Assembly (NCBI GenBank): GCA_051294905.1
Contig: CM119371.1
Coordinates: forward strand, 14,076,001-14,140,000
DNA: 64,000 bases
Origin: Botryllus schlosseri
Taxonomy: Eukaryota
Direction: 5' to 3'
Of this stretch, positions 12,089 to 24,295 are shown piece by piece; positions within the stretch are counted from its first letter, which is position 1, and each line of letters begins with the position of its first letter. The notes under the pieces are model-generated. The model made no database searches and had not been told where the DNA came from. It saw only the letters and a program-made list of their open reading frames with translations. The translations under genes were made by a program, and so were the position numbers.

Positions 12089-12998
12089 ATATATTGTATA
12101 TACAACGAATTTTGACTTGATCCCGAATTGGTGTCAGATGCCAACTTGATAAGCAGCCGCCATAACTAGCCTGGGTTCGATGAAGATTATTATAGTTCGC
12201 GCTGAAGTGCGAGTTGATTTGAAGGCTGCGATCCTATTCAGTTTCTAGGCTGCCGTCCCCATCGTTGCGCTTATCAGAGATTTCAGCTGCCATCACCGCA
12301 AATCCCGCAAGTCGTTTTTCTTGTGAAGGCATACTGATCATATGATCAAGCATGCCTCACACCTGGCACTTCAAATAAGTTACAGATTGCTCAAGTGCTC
12401 AATGCTCATTGCTCATTCACCTGTCTGATTTAGGGAAAATCTCCAATTCGGAAAGTTCATAGATTTCGGGCTTAAATCATCTTATGCGTGAGAATGATAA
12501 TCGTCTTATTAAGACCGTTAATTGTGGCGCATCAAGATGAATACGATTTCTCGCGAGGATTATCACTATAATCGTCTGGCGCAACTGTTAATCAAGCGAA
12601 GTAGGTTGCCACGATTAACAGCTTGTAATCGAGCGATTTGCAATTAGCATTTTCCCGGATAAGCTAACTTTATGATCGCCACCTTATAGCGTGATCCTTT
12701 GGCTTACGGGTCTTAGGACTATACTTTGGAAGCCTACGGACTCACGGCTTTCTTTCCGCTATCTGTTCAAGCCTTTTGTGCTATAAAATGCTCACAAAGG
12801 CAAATAATAGCGCTGAGCCGCCTGGATTTAGAACCTAACCGCAGCTGCTCGCATATTGCCATAGGTTTCGGTGTCCAAGCACAGCAAAAGTGGTTATCAC
12901 CTCGATACCTGTACAGTGTGCACTTCATTTCGGCTACGCACATAACGTGAACATGAAGACAAATCGCTCCCAAATTACTCTGACAGGGATATTTGGAA

Positions 12999-13563
12999 TA
13001 GAGGTAGATCAATATTGATTTTTGCAGCCCCATACCGATACCGATTATCAACACACTCACATGGCCGATAACCGATATCATAGGCCGACATTAAGATGGA
13101 AGGAGAAGAGAACCATTTCGCCGAAAATATTATATATTAGGCAAGATGCCACTTGTACATGCCACAGAAAGCTGTACAGCAAACGAAAAAACTCAAATTA
13201 AAAATAATTATTGCTTAATTCTGCACATTCATTGAAATTTGAGATAAATTAAAAAGCGAAACGTGGTACAGAATTGCAGATCAGTCCAGTTGATGTAGAC
13301 TGTAGACCAGGAAGCATACTTTCTCTGCATAATCGTCCAGTTAAACTCGTCTGCAAGGGTAAATCTGTCACGTATCGCCCTTTGCGTCGTCGATTTCTTG
13401 AGATTGGGAACACGGAGCATTGAATTCCCAATATTTTTCATTTATATATATATATATAAAATATCGGCCGCGATATCGACTTTCATATGCCGATACCGAT
13501 AATGGGGAAGGTTCCAAATATCGGCCTCGATAATCGGTCAGGACGATGATCGGTCGACCTCTA
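12999..13563. mobile_element. hAT MITE (Ac-type target) with CCGATA subterminal repeats
   Basis: TIR tagaggt(a/c)ga(t/c)c, perfect TSD ATTTGGAA. Confidence 0.85.
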
Positions 13564-13927
13564 ATTTGGAACCAGAGTTTTCGATATCCCAGCCCTGTAC
13601 TGAGGTAACTAACTGCATGACACCATGCCACAAACGATTCAAAATAGACCTACGTTTCATGGTACAAATGGCGAAGGCCTTATTATCATACGGAACTGTT
13701 TCTGGGATAATCTTCATGCAACCAATGGAATTTGTTGAGTCACATACAATGGTGTTCAGAGGCAACGTATAGACCGCGTTGCTACTCACGTAGAAGTAAC
13801 GCTGTAAATGCCAACTCAATTTCGTTTTTGAATTGAAATAGCTATGAATAAACATGAACAAGCAAACATGAAGACATAAGTAGTTGAGGTTGTGAAATGG
13901 CGAGATATGCGAAGCATCACCATATGC

Positions 13928-14755
13928 CAGGGATGGGCAAACTTTTTAGCTCGCTGGCTTCATTCAACATTTGAATCCATTCACGGGCCCCACTTTATAC
14001 AATTGGGATACTAAGCCGAAATTCAATATTGGTATTTGATTATATGGTGACCGACAACATGTAAATGATATATATGGATTTGTATATTTAAAACAAACCA
14101 AACATTGATTTGATGATAACGCATACACGCGTCAGAAACATTGACCAGGATTTCTTAGCTGGTCGACCTCATTGTCAAGATTAAAGATGAAAGTCGGTTC
14201 TCCCGATTCTTAGAACTGGATGTAAATTTGAGTCTGTGCGCAACGATCTGTTCATAGATTTGCTGATTGTACTTTTGGACTCCAGGACACACAATGTTGA
14301 CAGCATCATAACCATGGTACCTTTAACTTCGTATCTACAATATATAAATATTATAAATATAAATACTTATAGACATACAAAGTACGAATCTATCTAACAC
14401 TCTCAAATCGTTTTTTCCATGTACATTGTACAGTACCAAAAGTATTAAAGTTGCTCATGTTGCCAATCTAAAATCACACTGGTGGTCAGAATTAAGTCAT
14501 TCACGTTTCACTTTATGTGATGTTTAGCAATTGGCACGGGCAGCGAGGTCGGGCTATCGCGCTATCAATGAAATAATATATACTGTAGTAAGAATATAAC
14601 TTATCGTTATCATGTTGAAATATATTAAGAAAAAATTTAGTCAAGTTCCCAGAGTAATTTGATTTTAGCACGCATGTTATCAATAGTTTTACGTTTCTTG
14701 AATTTTTCGCGGATCGGACATAACGGTGTTGCGGGCTCTAGTTTGCTCACCCCTG
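13928..14755. mobile_element. Buster/SPIN-like non-autonomous hAT
   Basis: Ends cagggatgggcaaac/gtttgctcacccctg; the interior is related to 47304-48156. Confidence 0.7.
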
Positions 14756-15039
14756 CCATAGTCATCATGGATACTCAAGTAGAAGTGACGTCATATAACC
14801 TGCATACCGAAAAAAGTTGAAATACTTGGGTACTGAGCATCATTGCATATTTTAGGATCGGCGTTGAGCCTCTACAAATGATAAGATGTGTGTTAGCAAA
14901 GAAAATAGTATATTCGTTTTGTTTCGATTTTGCGGTCCTATGGCTTAAAGCTGAATCATTCAGTTACTTTGTTTGCTGAATCCTCTGTATTTCGACATCA
15001 CATATGCTGTGATGACAGTCTTTTACGACGTTTTCGCAG

Positions 15040-15140
15040 ATTGGGACCTAGGACAGTGCTTGCAAAATGAGTGTCTTCGAAAGTTTATCAAGAAACCTAG
15101 GATTTGCAACAGCTGGATCGACCTGCGCCTTCTTTACCGG
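15040..15140 (+). CDS. ERI2: ERI2-type exoribonuclease, internal exon (absent from ORF track)
   Basis: cgcAG|(D)WDLGQCLQNECLRKFIKKPRICNSWIDLRLLYR|GT. The phase-1 join completes WSDWD. Confidence 0.92.
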
Positions 15141-15362
15141 GTTCGTATTTAACGTGACAGGACGCGGTCGCAAACGCTCGGAGTTAATCAAATTTATCCA
15201 CGGTTATATTTCTTTATTCATTAATTGCACATTTTAAAGTCGGTAGTGATACCTTCAGACTTGTACAAATTACTAATCTAGTTAGTTGGCGGTCTACAAA
15301 CGACCGGTTTTTTGATTATTTCTAGTTCTAGTTGCGCATTAACAATACTTAGTTGTGGCTGT

Positions 15363-15635
15363 AGTTGTTTGCGGTATTCATGGTGTTTGTCGACTACTAT
15401 GGTCATTTACACCAGGCCGATATTCCTTATTTTTTATTCCGTATTTTTTGACTTGTAGCATGGCCCACTTCTAGCCTTTTGTAAGACACCGCTTACGGGT
15501 GAGATGGCGAGGAGGATCCTAGATTAACCTCCGACACTTAGATAGGAATTGTGGAGTCGACCTCGGTCTGACGGGAACCCACAACCCACTGTTGTTGTAG
15601 CAGCTGTCGATTATACAACTACGCTATTTCGCCAC
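15363..15635 (-). mobile_element. tRNA-derived SINE copy
   Basis: Reverse-complement homologue of 332-600 over its whole length. Confidence 0.8.
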
Positions 15636-16182
15636 AATACTTGGTTGCTGCCGAACAACTAGCAAACACGTGTCGTCGTTTCGTAATTCTTGGTACCGGC
15701 CTTCTTTTGAGTGATGCTGAACTAAAACATCATTTTATATGCCTACTGGAATGAGTTCAGACGGGCTACTTCTTAGACCAGTGGTTCCCAACCTTTTCGA
15801 CTCATCGCCCCCTTATCAAGCTCGCCTCCATATTCTTGTGTCCGAAAAAGAGGGCATATAGACGGGAAATTTATACAGCTAACTCTGATCGCTAGTAGAT
15901 TATCTGAAAAACGGTATCGATACCGGTATCTCATGATAGTTTGCCGCGAGTTGGCCTTTTTCTCAGAATAACCCGTTTTCACGTGTATTTTGTGCCGGCA
16001 TCCGGTAGCAGAGTAATTAAATATACCTGAGTGAACCTTCTAACATTTTCTCGCCAAATCGCCCTCTTTGTTATTCTCGTCCTTCTATTTCTGAAATTCG
16101 GCCACCAGGAGGCGCTATCGCCCACGTTGGGAATCACTGACTTAGTTCAGACGGCCTCTGATCATTCGCCATCCCTCCGCAG

Positions 16183-16362
16183 AATTTCTACAAACGGTTC
16201 CCCGCTGGTTTGAGAGACGCAGTCGAACATGCCGGGCTCGAATTCGAAGGCAGGGCGCACTCGGGCATTGTGGACTCCAGAAACACCGCGCGCCTCGCGC
16301 GCCGAATGATGACCGAAGGGTGCGTTTTGAAGATTACCAGAACCATCGAAGGCAGCGGAAAA
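16183..16362 (+). CDS. ERI2: ERI2-type exoribonuclease, exon with catalytic H-x4-D
   Basis: NFYKRFPAGLRDAVEHAGLEFEGRAHSGIVDSRNTARLARRMMTEGCVLKITRT, phase 0. Donor GT at 16363, or read-through to the stop at 16392. Confidence 0.92.
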
Positions 16363-16521
16363 GTACGTAGAGAATTTATCGTTACGAGGTGAAATGGGCT
16401 TCGAGCGGATTAATTCGTGAGAGTCAGCGGACATGTGCGCATGCGATCAGATGTGATCAAAGTCGTCATAGATAATGCTCTGGGGGAGGCCGAAGTAACA
16501 TCGTAAATATATACTCAAGTG

Positions 16522-17030
16522 CAAAGTTGACTCGACTTGAGACAATCAGTGTATTGACTCGACTTGAGTCAATCTGTGTATTGACTCGACTTGTACTCGA
16601 GTCTTTGCGCGTGACTCGTACCAAGTCATATGACTCGATGCTGGGACGGTCAATACCAACATTTCATTGTCATTTCGAAGAATAGCTAAGTTAACACACT
16701 ATTGACATTTCTAGTATTAGTAGTGATACTTGAAAATGTGACCAGGAACTATTAAAATTCAGAAAAATTACTATATTATGCGAATCATTCGATATCATCA
16801 ATCAGCGTTGTAAAAAGTGGGTTTTACGAGACTTTAGCTGACAACTGAACACGAACAGTCAACATAATACCCTGGACTCGTACTCGAGTCATAATACTAT
16901 TACTATGACTCGAGACTCTGCTCGACGAGGTGTACGCAGACTTGACTCGGTGGTGAATTGAATATGACTCGATTTGACTCGAGAAAAAACTATAAAAGTG
17001 AGATTGACTTGTCACTCGGTTACAACCCTG
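16522..17030. mobile_element. hAT MITE with GACTCGA subterminal repeats
   Basis: Perfect TSD CTCAAGTG; ends caaagttg/caaccctg. Confidence 0.75.
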
Positions 17031-18114
17031 CTCAAGTGCAAGTATTAGCAACAATGTCTAAGGGGGTGAAACAGTAAGTATTTTAGGCCTATTTTGACCG
17101 AAACAAACAAAACTGTTTTAGTCACATCATAATTGCACAGGTAGACAAAGTTGTCATCATTGGCACCCGAGTAAATGTAGAAGTATTGAGGTAACCTCGG
17201 AAATTTCTGCTCGAGTACAAGTAGCGATGTTTAAATAAGTAAAAGTATTCTAGGATTGTTTTTGCTTAAAATCTGAAACCTTAAGTCAGGGACGTCCAAC
17301 ATACGGCCGGCGAAGGTATTTTGACCTGCCCGCAAAGAGTTTCTACCCTGAAAGCGAAATTATATTCTGAAAGTATTGAAAAATTTTATGCGTCAGAGAA
17401 TGAATCTTTGTTCGCCAACCTGAGAAAGATGGACAATGGACATGAAACTACTTTTCCTGTTCTGGTCTACATACATTTTCGACCATGAACATTAACGAGA
17501 CAAGGCGGCGTTCCAATATAATCTGATGTTCACCTGCAGTCTTTAGTCTTTACCAAGGGTTGCTACATACGATATGCAGCCAGAGTTCAAAGAACTTGTT
17601 GACAAGTTTGACCGACCACATGTCTGATTGACTTGAACAGAAACTGTTGATAAATTCATTAAATACTGTTTTTGGTCTCTATATGCTTTAACCTAAAGTT
17701 TACATTATACACGATTTTTTTCCTTGTATGGTGGATAAATACGCGATTAATGTATATATTCTGTAATCTGTCCCACCAAGTACTTCATTTATCCATATCC
17801 GGCCCGCCGAATGGAGAAGTTGCCCGCGCCTCACGTAAGGGGAAGTTAATGTATTGTCTCAATTTCAAAATGCTATTTGAGAACTCCGACAAAGTAAAAG
17901 TATTTTGTTACTGACCACTTTTAAGTACGAGTAAAAATATTAGTCTCCAAGTCAGTAAAAAAGTCCAAGTTTTCCTAAAAAACTGAAAACTGTAAAATGT
18001 AAGCAGTGTAAAACCACTTCCGTACTTTCTTGCTGACTAACGCTGCTATTACCCACCTCATTTTCATACACATGGACTACTTTTAACTTTAATGTACCGT
18101 TTATATGTCTACAG

Positions 18115-18187
18115 AGGGTTCATACCGTCCCACCAGTTGATTCGATGCGGGCCGTCCTAGATAGAGTCAAAAGAGAACAAGGAAAAG
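18115..18187 (+). CDS. Small exon: either an ERI2 continuation or a degenerate class C GPCR Venus-flytrap exon
   Basis: acAG|RVHTVPPVDSMRAVLDRVKREQGK G|GTGAG. It is in phase with the ERI2 exon ending at 16362, but resembles mGluR RxVPxD...RAMVDIVKR. Confidence 0.5.
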
Positions 18188-18810
18188 GTGAGGATATTCT
18201 GATTGATATTTCATGACGACACGTGGCTAAATTACCGGTTGTCCTGCAGTAGAATCGATCGCATCGATATATCTCAGTGGTTCCCAACCGGGAGTGGAGC
18301 TGGTTTCGTAATATTTAGGTGAGATCTCGCTTTAGGATCGTGTGGACCAAGGTACACCTGAACTTATATTTTTCATGATTTTATGGCTGAACTCTCAAGT
18401 GCGAACTTAGTGCTTTCAAATTAGTTCAAAATCATTTTTTATTCCCTGATATCTAGCTAGAATATTTTTAAAGACAATTTGATATCTTTGCTGTCGTAAA
18501 AAATTCACCGTCCACGTGTATTTTTGGAAACTTGACCTAAAACGTGACACGCGAGAGGATTTTGTGTGGACCGACCCTCGAGACCCACCCCTTGGCTACG
18601 CCGTTGTTATAAGTGATGACAGTCAGCTAGCAATGGCCGCAAGAACATCACACAACAGAACAACGTTATCACGATTCACGCCAAATGACTACAGGTTTCA
18701 GGTTGTTGTTCTACAACTACTGCGCAATTAGAACCAGAACTACTAAAAACAATAGTTACTTGACGGTCAACTAGATACATTGGTAGTTTATACAAGTCTT
18801 GTCGCAGCAG

Positions 18811-19025
18811 GTGTCATCTACTGTACCTGCCGTCTTTTCTCTAGACGCAGAAGCTGCCGCGATACCAAACAAGACGGGCAGATTTGCAGATGGTTGAAAT
18901 CTCCGAAGCGTCATACGAGCGAGCTGTTCCACAGCGGGATGACAAAAATCTCTACCTATCGGATTAAAAAGTTGCAAGAATTTGAGAGAACAATCATTGA
19001 AATCCCTGTCATGCTTCTGTTTTGA
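18811..19025 (+). CDS. Putative exon following 18115-18187 (NAGNAG acceptor), identity uncertain
   Basis: gcagcAG|(G)VIYCTCRLFSRRRSC...PVMLLF*; phase-compatible with the previous exon. Confidence 0.35.
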
Positions 19026-20109
19026 GACTGGGTATAATAATGGGGCTGGGATGAGAACGCCGAAAAGCTGTATTCCCGATGAAGCAATAGAGTAAAGTTT
19101 GAATTAGCTCAGTACGACTGCTTCACGTAGGTTACTGTTAAATTTGAATCAGACCTATCGAAATATACCTAACATCGTTTGAGTTTATGTTCTAGGTTGC
19201 TTACCGAGTGCTGTAAGGCGCGGATTACTTACTTCAGTCGAATCAGTGGGCTAAACGTGTACTACAGTACTGTGTTAAGCAATGTATGTGATTTGTGTCA
19301 ACTCGTTAGGCAAAGTTCGTGGTACACGGCATGGTTATTGAAGCGTGATTTCAACTTGCTAGGCATTGTTACATTCTCGAATTGTGTGTCAGACTTGCAT
19401 GTCCTGTTACGAATGTTGTTTTCGCTTACGTTCATATTTGTCCTTTGCATTAAAATAAGAAAGAATAAACCTGATTAAACTAACGTGAAAGAAAACGTCG
19501 TTACCATGCGTCCTCTTTTAAGAGGATTTGTCCTCTTTTTTGACTTTTTTTGAAAGTGTCCTCGGAGGACGCCCTTTTTTACTCTTTTGTGAGATTTTGT
19601 CCTCTTTTTTGAGAATTTTGGTCATATTTACAGCAAAATTCGACTGAGATACCATAAATCAGCGCCGGTAGTTCGGGAGCTGAGGGGGAAGTGGACCTTT
19701 TTTAGTCAAGCACCTGACAATGTGTAGGAAAAAACTGTATTGGGGCATCGAGAGAGAAAGTTGACCTTTTTATTTAGTCAACAGTCCACAAACTGGGAAA
19801 AATTTCCCATATTTTAGAGAATTCTCCTTCGGTTTTGTAAGTCTGAAAGTTCTGAAAAAGTGTCCTCTTTTTAGATTTCCAAAATATGGTAACCCTAATA
19901 TATGTTAATTATTAGTAGAGGTGGTTATTGTCGGTGCGCAAGTAGAAGAAACGCCGAAAAATTATACTCAATTACAAGCAGACTTTCAAGACATGCCAAA
20001 ACCATTCCAAGTTGATGGAAGACTGCAATATGAAACTGTGAACAGTTCTCAACCAAGTATTTCAAAAAGTACATGCATTCATATACACACGGTTGCATAC
20101 TTTTTGCAG

Positions 20110-20765
20110 TTACTCAGAGGTGTGAAACTGTGGATACTTTCGAAATTGCAACATATTGGTAATATATCTAGGTACTGTGAAGCACTGAAGCATGGGCTTG
20201 GGATACTACGCCCACTTGTTGTGACAATTTCACTGCCAAAAGTGATGCTCTCCACTTCACAAATTCTTATACAAGCGAAAATAGTCTAAAATATCCCTTC
20301 CTAACTTAGTCGCCAGCGCCCTCCAAGAGGCGTTTTGTATTTTGAAGGGGCGATATGGGGGGGGGGGCGGGCGCTGGTGCTGTGCTCAGCGGAGTGGTAT
20401 GGGGGGCGCTGAAGAAAAATGGCGTCACAGTAGGTGTGCATTTAGGCTAGTTAGACCACAATATATAGCCTAGCCTCCACCGCGCATTGCCATCTTAACG
20501 ATACGTCAATTCAAAACCACAATTACGGAACACCTCATGCGCACTACAGTGATTACAACATTGCTCAGCGTACGTTACGTGAATCATACATTTTTAATTC
20601 CTACAGGCGACGCAGTCTTGACTATCTCACGCGCACTCGCACTCGCTCACACGCAGTCTAGGTATGTATGCTTATTGCTTACTTGCCCAGCTACACCGAC
20701 ACAGCGTGGAACCAATCATCTTGCCGCGCTGCTTTTACCGATATTCGAGAAGATCAACTTCACAG
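20110..20765 (+). CDS. Class C GPCR (mGluR-like) Venus-flytrap exons 20110-20158 and 20607-20765
   Basis: The spliced reading SKLQHIG-DAVLTISRALALAH...LLPIFEKINFTG resembles mGluR KVQFVIDAVYAMAHAL...V.FTG. The phase-1 join is correct; the second donor would be GC. Confidence 0.6.
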
Positions 20766-20805
20766 GCAACCTGCTTAATATGCGTTGATAAACCAGGGAC
20801 TAGGG

Positions 20806-22368
20806 CAGGGGTCGGCAAACCTCGGAACGCGTGCCATTTGTGGCACGCGGGAAGATTTTTCATAGCACTCCAACATATTGAGACCCTGTTTTTGCAAATA
20901 GTGAAACAGAAGTTTTGAAAATGTACAAAGCTCGTAGGCGATCCAAAATTATTTCGTAAATCAACATAAAATAGAGTCTTTTGGGGCAGATTTTAGTTAT
21001 CTTGAAAAATTTTCCGCGCTTCGCGCGATTATTTGGGTCTTGATGCCTTGATTATAATGTGGGAATCCCCAATAAATAAATATAGATGTATGTACAAAAT
21101 GGTTTTAAAAACTATGCATTATGTACAGAAATGAGTCAACCGTATTAGCAGTTATGAAAGAACGTCGACAAAATATCGCATGAAACCGTTTGGATGTATA
21201 CATTGTATAGTCTAGAGGAGTGTTATTAGCCTAGGCCTACCTGTGCAGTGTGCAATGTGCATCCTACGGAAGCGCAACTTATGAACCGGCATTCCGGCAC
21301 GGGCATGTTCACGGTATTGAAGACGGTTCCATACTATTACCGAGAATGCTATTACCGAGCTGGACATTACCGAGAATGCTACTACCGAGAATAGACATTA
21401 CCGAGAACGGACATTACCGAGAATGGACACCACCGAGAATGGCCAATGCCAAGAATCTAGCTTAATGCAACGGAAACTGTCAAGAAATCTATACCTGAGA
21501 ATCGATACCTAATGTGGCAACGCCTTGATGCACACACACGCATGCATAACATGCCTGCATTGCATATATTGCATTCTCGGTATTGACCATTCTCGGTAAT
21601 GTCCATTCTCGGTATTGTCCTTCTCTGTAACAGCATTCTCGGTAATAGCATTCTCGGTATTGACCGGATACCACTGAAGACACGGCCTCATCAATCAATC
21701 AATCAGTTTAATAATATTTTCATCATTTCAAAACATCACAAGACTGCGATACAATGAAAAGATAGGAAGGTGTCAAAACAACTTGAAGTAGACAAGGTTT
21801 CGGACAGCATGCGACCATGCAACTCCCATGCGGTGTATGCGTTGCCAAATTATTGGCGGCGATAAAGCCTTGAAAGAAAATAACCGCCGCATGGTGGCAA
21901 AAACATTCGACATTGATATGTCCACTGTCAAGCCGCCGAAGTGACAAGCGCCGAAACCGACTTGGGGCTGGGTACATTTTTCATCATCATCAGACCATAC
22001 CATTGTAACAACACTGATTGGGCGGTCACTTATTAAATATGGTACCGAACACAATAGACTTGGAAACGACCAAATCAACCACAGAAGATCGATCATTGCT
22101 CCATTGCGTGACTGAAAATAAATTATGTAAATATCACGTACATGTAAGCGATAGGTCGGGTGCGGTAGCGACCAAAATTTATTCCCTTCGGGACCAATCA
22201 AGAATCACTGGCGTGACATGACTTTGCCATCTGCTGAAAAAACGGTCGGTGGTATTCCTTGCTTGAAACGTTACAAATTAATAAATTGAATGTTTGGCAC
22301 GCAAGCTGGTAAAAATTGACAATTTTCGACATTTTGGCACGCTGCACACAAAAGGTTGCCGGCCCCTG
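20806..22368. mobile_element. Buster-type hAT element containing a palindromic MITE (about 21322-21666) and a LINE-like tail
   Basis: Ends caggggtcggcaaac/ggttgccggcccctg. The inner element has short tandem ACCGAGAATG repeats in inverted arrays; (TCAA)n at about 21688-21704. Confidence 0.65.
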
Positions 22369-24295
22369 GACTGGGTAATTCCCAATTGGGCTAATACCCT
22401 CCGAATTTTCCGTTGCTTGACATATGATATCTTTACTCAGTCACCGAGTAATGTCATAAACTCTTAGCGAAAAGAGTGTGTATTAACCACCCGTGTTCCA
22501 CCCCTAATGTACTGGTGTGAATATGCAGTATACACCCATAACACACGAAACCACAACCTACTACAGAAATATACAGCTACAGATCGATGACTATACTAGT
22601 CTACGAAAACGCGTGCTAACGCAGGTTAGGATCAAATTCCGTTCAGTTTGAGAAAGACGTCAGCTTCGGAATGTATGTCCGTGATGAAAAATATCAATAT
22701 TAGTGTGAAAACCCAGTATTTGACGTCTTGATATTTTCCGGTTGTAAAATTTTTGGTGAAACTTTCCACGCGCTTTCCTTTGTTAGTCTGTCCATAGTGT
22801 CCTATATGGTGTCGACACAAGAAAATCGCACGGTTCAATGAAATTGTATCACGTCACAGTTTCCATTTGGCTACAGGCAATTTGACGGTGATTTTTGACC
22901 GGCTTGCCGAGCATTAAATTTGATGAATCGGATATCAATCGAAAGCTGACTCTGCACTGATTACGAAAATATAAATTTTATTCCGCTCGCGGCCCTGGAA
23001 CCCCCACAATCTGCCCCCAATTATTCATTGTCGAGTAGATTGGCAGTGTGACGCAACAATGCTGTCTGGCGAAACGAGAGACTAGCTCAAGAGCAAGGAT
23101 GCGGCCGAGCGGCGAGAGTGGGATCAGCTGATGTCGCGGCAATAGCGATGTGCAAACGCGCCACAGAGAAACGCTGCGCTGTTTATACTTTTTCTATGCG
23201 TTTCGGTACAAGCGAGCACACACCAGCCTCTCCTTGACTTGTAAGGGTAGAACTGGGTCCACAGAATGTATTAGGGCCCTACCAATTTTCGCGCAATATC
23301 CTTCAGCTGATAAAGATATGTAGGCTACGTCTAAGTAGTCTACATTGGATATGTCAGATTATTATGATATCGATTGCCTTAGCCCGCTTGTTGCGTAGGG
23401 CTCCAGAGACACGTCGCGCTGTTGATAGCGGGTGTCGATACTTTCTATAGTCGCTTTTATGGTTAAGTGTGAGCAAGGAGCATTGAGCATGAGCATACAT
23501 TACAAGCTTTTATTTGATCCGTATGGGTAGGACTTGGTCCGCGAATGCAGCAGGTAAAATGTTGATTGTTGAATAAAGTTTAACAGCAGGAGTGTCGAAT
23601 TAAACTGGTATTGCTGTCCGGATTCAATCCGTTACTAGAAAGCTTGCGGGCCATACCTGCCAAATGATTCCAAAATGTTACCACCAAATTCATACCTTTG
23701 TTTTTCACTGGAATATATCTGATATCACTATAAACGTTGACGTTGGAATTTGGTTTAGCATTTTTCAATCACCAAATAGTTTTTTTGAATGCCGGGGACC
23801 TTTTGCGTCAAAAGTAATACAGTGGTATCACAGATATTTGAATTATATTCATTCTGTAGCCTGTATATATATTCCTAATATAACTTACGTAAAACGGATT
23901 TGCAGTATTTTTTTCGCATCTGTGAATAACTGATTGTCCATTCGGCCCAACAGAGTTTGCACTTTTTCGCCTTCTCGGAATTTGGCAAGGTCACCGACGT
24001 GGTGCTTATGGGGACTAGAGTGAAAACTCAACACTGTAGTTGTATTACTACAATATGATATATTTACATTATCTAAATTTGCTGTCTTGAGTGAATCTTA
24101 TTACTTGAAAGTATATTTTTCTTACTAGAAATATCTCTAACAGCTGAAGGATTGCGCGAAAATTGGTAGGGACCAAATACATTCTGTGGACCCAGTTCTA
24201 CCATTACAAGTCAAGGAAAGGCTGGTGTGTGCTCGCTTTTAGCGAAGCGCATAGAAAAAGTATCAACAGCGCCACGCATCTCTGGAGCCCTACGC

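Noticed and set aside
18811..18900. CTC...C...C as an ERI2 GRF zinc finger
   Set aside because: It lacks the GxNxGRxFY and F.W signatures, and the similarity is too weak to call.
21322..21666. Short regularly spaced repeats resembling a CRISPR array
   Set aside because: No unique spacers, inverted arrangement, no cas genes and a eukaryotic context; these are MITE subterminal repeats.
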